Of a stretch of DNA of 64,000 nt, positions 61,651 to 64,000 are shown in pieces. Within the stretch, counting starts at the first letter, position 1; every line of letters begins with the position of its first letter. This DNA comes from Syntrophales bacterium (GTDB lineage: Bacteria; Desulfobacterota; Syntrophia; Syntrophales; UBA2210). A model generated the notes under the pieces. The model ran no database searches, was not told where the DNA came from, and worked only from the letters and a program-made list of their open reading frames with translations. The position numbers were made by a program, and so were the translations under genes. The stretch lies in contig CAXXKT010000001.1 of the NCBI GenBank assembly GCA_963662405.2, forward strand, positions 608,001-672,000. Direction: 5' to 3'.

Positions 61651-62127
61651 TCATATCTTCCCTTCGCGCTCCAGTGCGGCGCACGTGGTCATGACAAATT
61701 CGAGAAAGACATCACAGGTTGTTTTCCAGTCCTCGTTGTGCATCCGCCGCTCAATATCAGCGGAATTCGAGTAGTCACAACCGGAGAGCGCGTGGCAATC
61801 CGTACTCCCGAATTCCTTCAGAAATAAGCGGTAGAGCCGCGCCACCCCCGCGATGGCCCGTTCCCGCTCTTTCGGGGACTCTTCGGGGATGCCTTGTCTG
61901 CCGCTGCAACACTTCAGACCGATAGCGACGCTGCTCCCGATCAGGAGACCGCAGGTCGTCTGTCCCGTTCCGATGGCCCCCATGTACCCCGCCGTGGCCC
62001 ACGAAAATTCCTCCTTGGGAAGGTCCCACAGATCCTGCAGCCCCTGCAGGGTGGCCTCGGCTCAGGTATACAGGTGCATTCGGGTCAATGCATCGTCAAG
62101 TATCCCGTCAAGTCTGTCCTCGCCCAT
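61651..62127 (-). CDS. C-GCAxxG-C-C family putative redox selenoprotein (UGA=Sec at codon 22, 62062-62064)
   Basis: RBS AGGAGG, ATG 62127, YT*AEATL aligned to family CAE motif, TCGLLIG, GSTDC, C; hairpin after UGA. Confidence 0.85.
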
Positions 62128-62160
62128 ACCGCCTCCTCTTGTCCGTGACTGATGAGACAA

Positions 62161-62913
62161 CTATTTCTCCGAAGGGATTGTGAACCGCCAGGCGCAGAAC
62201 CACTCATCGGGATGGGGATCCGGGGGACACCCAATGCACTCGGTCCGGATCCTCACATCGACTCCCTCGGCAAAGCGACCATACTCAACCAGACCGACCG
62301 ATTTGCAGGGATAATCTTCGAGTCCCCTGCGCTTGCGCGCCGACTGGACACGGCAGTCATTCATCTGAAAGACAATACTGTCCGGCCCCTCATCGACGAT
62401 GGACTGGACATTGACGCTGGCGTACATCCGGAACCGGAGCGCCTTTTTCAACCCCTCCAGTCCCGGACACTCGTCCAACCCCAAGAACTGTTTGATCGAC
62501 CATGCCTCGAAGGGAGAAAAACGCGTCCAGCAGGTGTCGTTGCACCGCTTGGCATCGTTCATCCCGTAGACGCTCTCCATCGCCTGAAACCAGACACCGT
62601 CCCCGGCGATCCAGTTCGCGCCGAGGCTGTCGACCAATTTGAGGAGTTTTTCGCGCGGCATATCGAGTAGGGGCGTGGGGATTCCTTCTTTCATCTCGAA
62701 ATCGAGGGTCCGCGAGAGCCGCTTCATCTGCACATCATAACTCCCACGGTAGGCGGTCTTCATGACATCCAGAGCCTTCTCGAACCCCATCTGGTGCTCC
62801 ACTTCCCTGAACCAAAGGGTGTGGTGCACAATGGTACGGTGCAGCATATCCACAATAAAACGGGCCAGATCCTCATGGCCCAGGTCTTTAATGTTCTGTA
62901 CATCACTATCCAT
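62161..62913 (-). CDS. DUF6125-like protein
   Basis: Duplicated W..[DH]..WF helical unit, CRVQSAR, YPCK, C.GCPPD, C.W.F motifs. Confidence 0.8.
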   Translation of the reverse strand: MDSDVQNIKDLGHEDLARFIVDMLHRTIVHHTLWFREVEHQMGFEKALDVMKTAYRGSYDVQMKRLSRTLDFEMKEGIPTPLLDMPREKLLKLVDSLGANWIAGDGVWFQAMESVYGMNDAKRCNDTCWTRFSPFEAWSIKQFLGLDECPGLEGLKKALRFRMYASVNVQSIVDEGPDSIVFQMNDCRVQSARKRRGLEDYPCKSVGLVEYGRFAEGVDVRIRTECIGCPPDPHPDEWFCAWRFTIPSEK

Positions 62914-62940
62914 CGTATTTCCTTTCTCGACGTGCCGGGG

Positions 62941-63498
62941 CTACAACCCTTCAGGCACTTGATATTCCATGTAGAACCGGTAGAAGGCGGCGAGAATCAG
63001 GGAATTGGTAATCGAACCTCCGCGGATCAGGTCGGGGATCTCCTTCAATGGGTACAGCACTACTTCGATATCTTCCTTCTCATCCAGTTGCTGGCGCCCC
63101 TCCAGGACCACATTTGTGGCAACAAAGGTGTAGCAGCGGTTGTTCTGGAGCGCGGGGTTCGGGTGGACCCAACTGAGGGGGATCATCTTCTCCTCGCGGT
63201 ACCCGGTCTCCTCCCGCAACTCCCGGCTGGCCGCAACCGCGGGGGTGTCATGGTCTTCGATGAGTCCTCCGGGGATCTCCAGCGTGACATCCCTCACACC
63301 GTGGCGGTACTGCTCGATCAGGACCACCTCGTTGTCGGGGGTAATCGGGATAACGTTCACCCAGTCGGACGATTCGACAACAAAGAAATCGTGAGCCTCC
63401 CCCGTCCGGGGTGAACGCGCCCGATCGGTGCGGACATTGAACACGCGATACGACTTTTCGTCTGTCGTTGACAGGATTTTCCACAATTCAGGAGCCAT
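62941..63498 (-). CDS. NUDIX hydrolase (ADP-ribose pyrophosphatase-like)
   Basis: QYRH, EIPGG, RELREETG Nudix box. Confidence 0.95.
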   Translation of the reverse strand: MAPELWKILSTTDEKSYRVFNVRTDRARSPRTGEAHDFFVVESSDWVNVIPITPDNEVVLIEQYRHGVRDVTLEIPGGLIEDHDTPAVAASRELREETGYREEKMIPLSWVHPNPALQNNRCYTFVATNVVLEGRQQLDEKEDIEVVLYPLKEIPDLIRGGSITNSLILAAFYRFYMEYQVPEGL

Positions 63499-63737
63499 GA
63501 GCCTCCTCCCTCTTCATACATGGATTTCCCGCCGATGACCGGCGGAGAGTAACGCGATTACCGTAATTGAAAAAGCGCGGTCGGTCAAGGGGAATGGACG
63601 ATCATATCGAATGGGCTTTGTTCGATCGGTTATCTCCTCCTCCAATTCGCACCAAAGACTGCTTGACAGGCAGGACAGAAGCGTCTACATAATCAAACTC
63701 CATAGTTTAACAAAGATGTTGGACAGAGGTGTCAGAC

Positions 63738-64000
63738 ATGACGTACACGCAGGAAGATTCCCCGGACAAGGATCAACTTATCCTCGAGGCGGCAAAACGG
63801 GTATTCGTTCGGAAGGGGCTGGACGGCGCCGTTATGCAGGATATCGCCGATGAAGCCGGGATCCACCGTACGGCCCTCCATTACTATTTCCGCAGCAAGA
63901 AAAAACTCTTTGAGGCCGTTTTCGACAACCTTTTCGACCGTTTCATCCCTGAAGTGGAAGAAATCATCTCCGGGACAATGCCCTTTCAAGAAAAGATCGA
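63738..64000 (+). CDS. TetR-family regulator (5' part; runs off window end)
   Basis: ILEAAKRVFVRKG...MQDIADEAGIHRTALHYYFRSKKKLF; RBS GAGG; TTGACA at 63663. Confidence 0.92.
   Translation, partial: MTYTQEDSPDKDQLILEAAKRVFVRKGLDGAVMQDIADEAGIHRTALHYYFRSKKKLFEAVFDNLFDRFIPEVEEIISGTMPFQEKI

Overview
This is a GC-rich bacterial chromosomal segment. Gene content (hemA-ccsA-cysG cluster, DUF362 ferredoxin, sigma54 activator, selenoprotein, two-domain ThyX) fits an anaerobic Desulfobacterota/Syntrophales-type organism; this assignment is inferred. Layout: (1) 0.8-11.8 kb, a type II secretion operon gspE-F-G-H-I-J-K-L-M-C-D on the minus strand with a lipidated secretin; (2) 12-21 kb, housekeeping genes (galE, cspA, DUF362, hemA/ccsA/cysG, prmA, rsmE, RDD) and tRNA-Phe; (3) 21.3-28.2 kb, an accessory cell-envelope cluster (atypical nucleotidyltransferase, LpxL-like acyltransferase, repeat-containing secreted protein, DUF2334 deacetylase, GT2, GNAT); (4) 28.3-40.5 kb, a module with three LivK-like solute-binding proteins but no permease or ATPase, an SDR, an Ord/amine-dehydrogenase-like enzyme and a TetR, including a decaying sigma54 sub-module; (5) 40.5-64 kb, mixed housekeeping genes. 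Best unannotated signals: three sigma70 promoters of the same architecture, each overlapped by the palindrome AAAACAnTGTTTT (probable TetR regulon); long structured leaders upstream of two binding-protein genes that share an ATGGACCCG / MDPxxF element; a DTPFG peptide motif shared by the GspC-like C-terminus and the secretin N-terminus; a UGA-recoded C-GCAxxG-C-C selenoprotein with a SECIS-like hairpin; and a 12-bp-periodic DnaA-box-like array between lolA and ilvE. All family calls come from motif recognition by eye; no database search was run.
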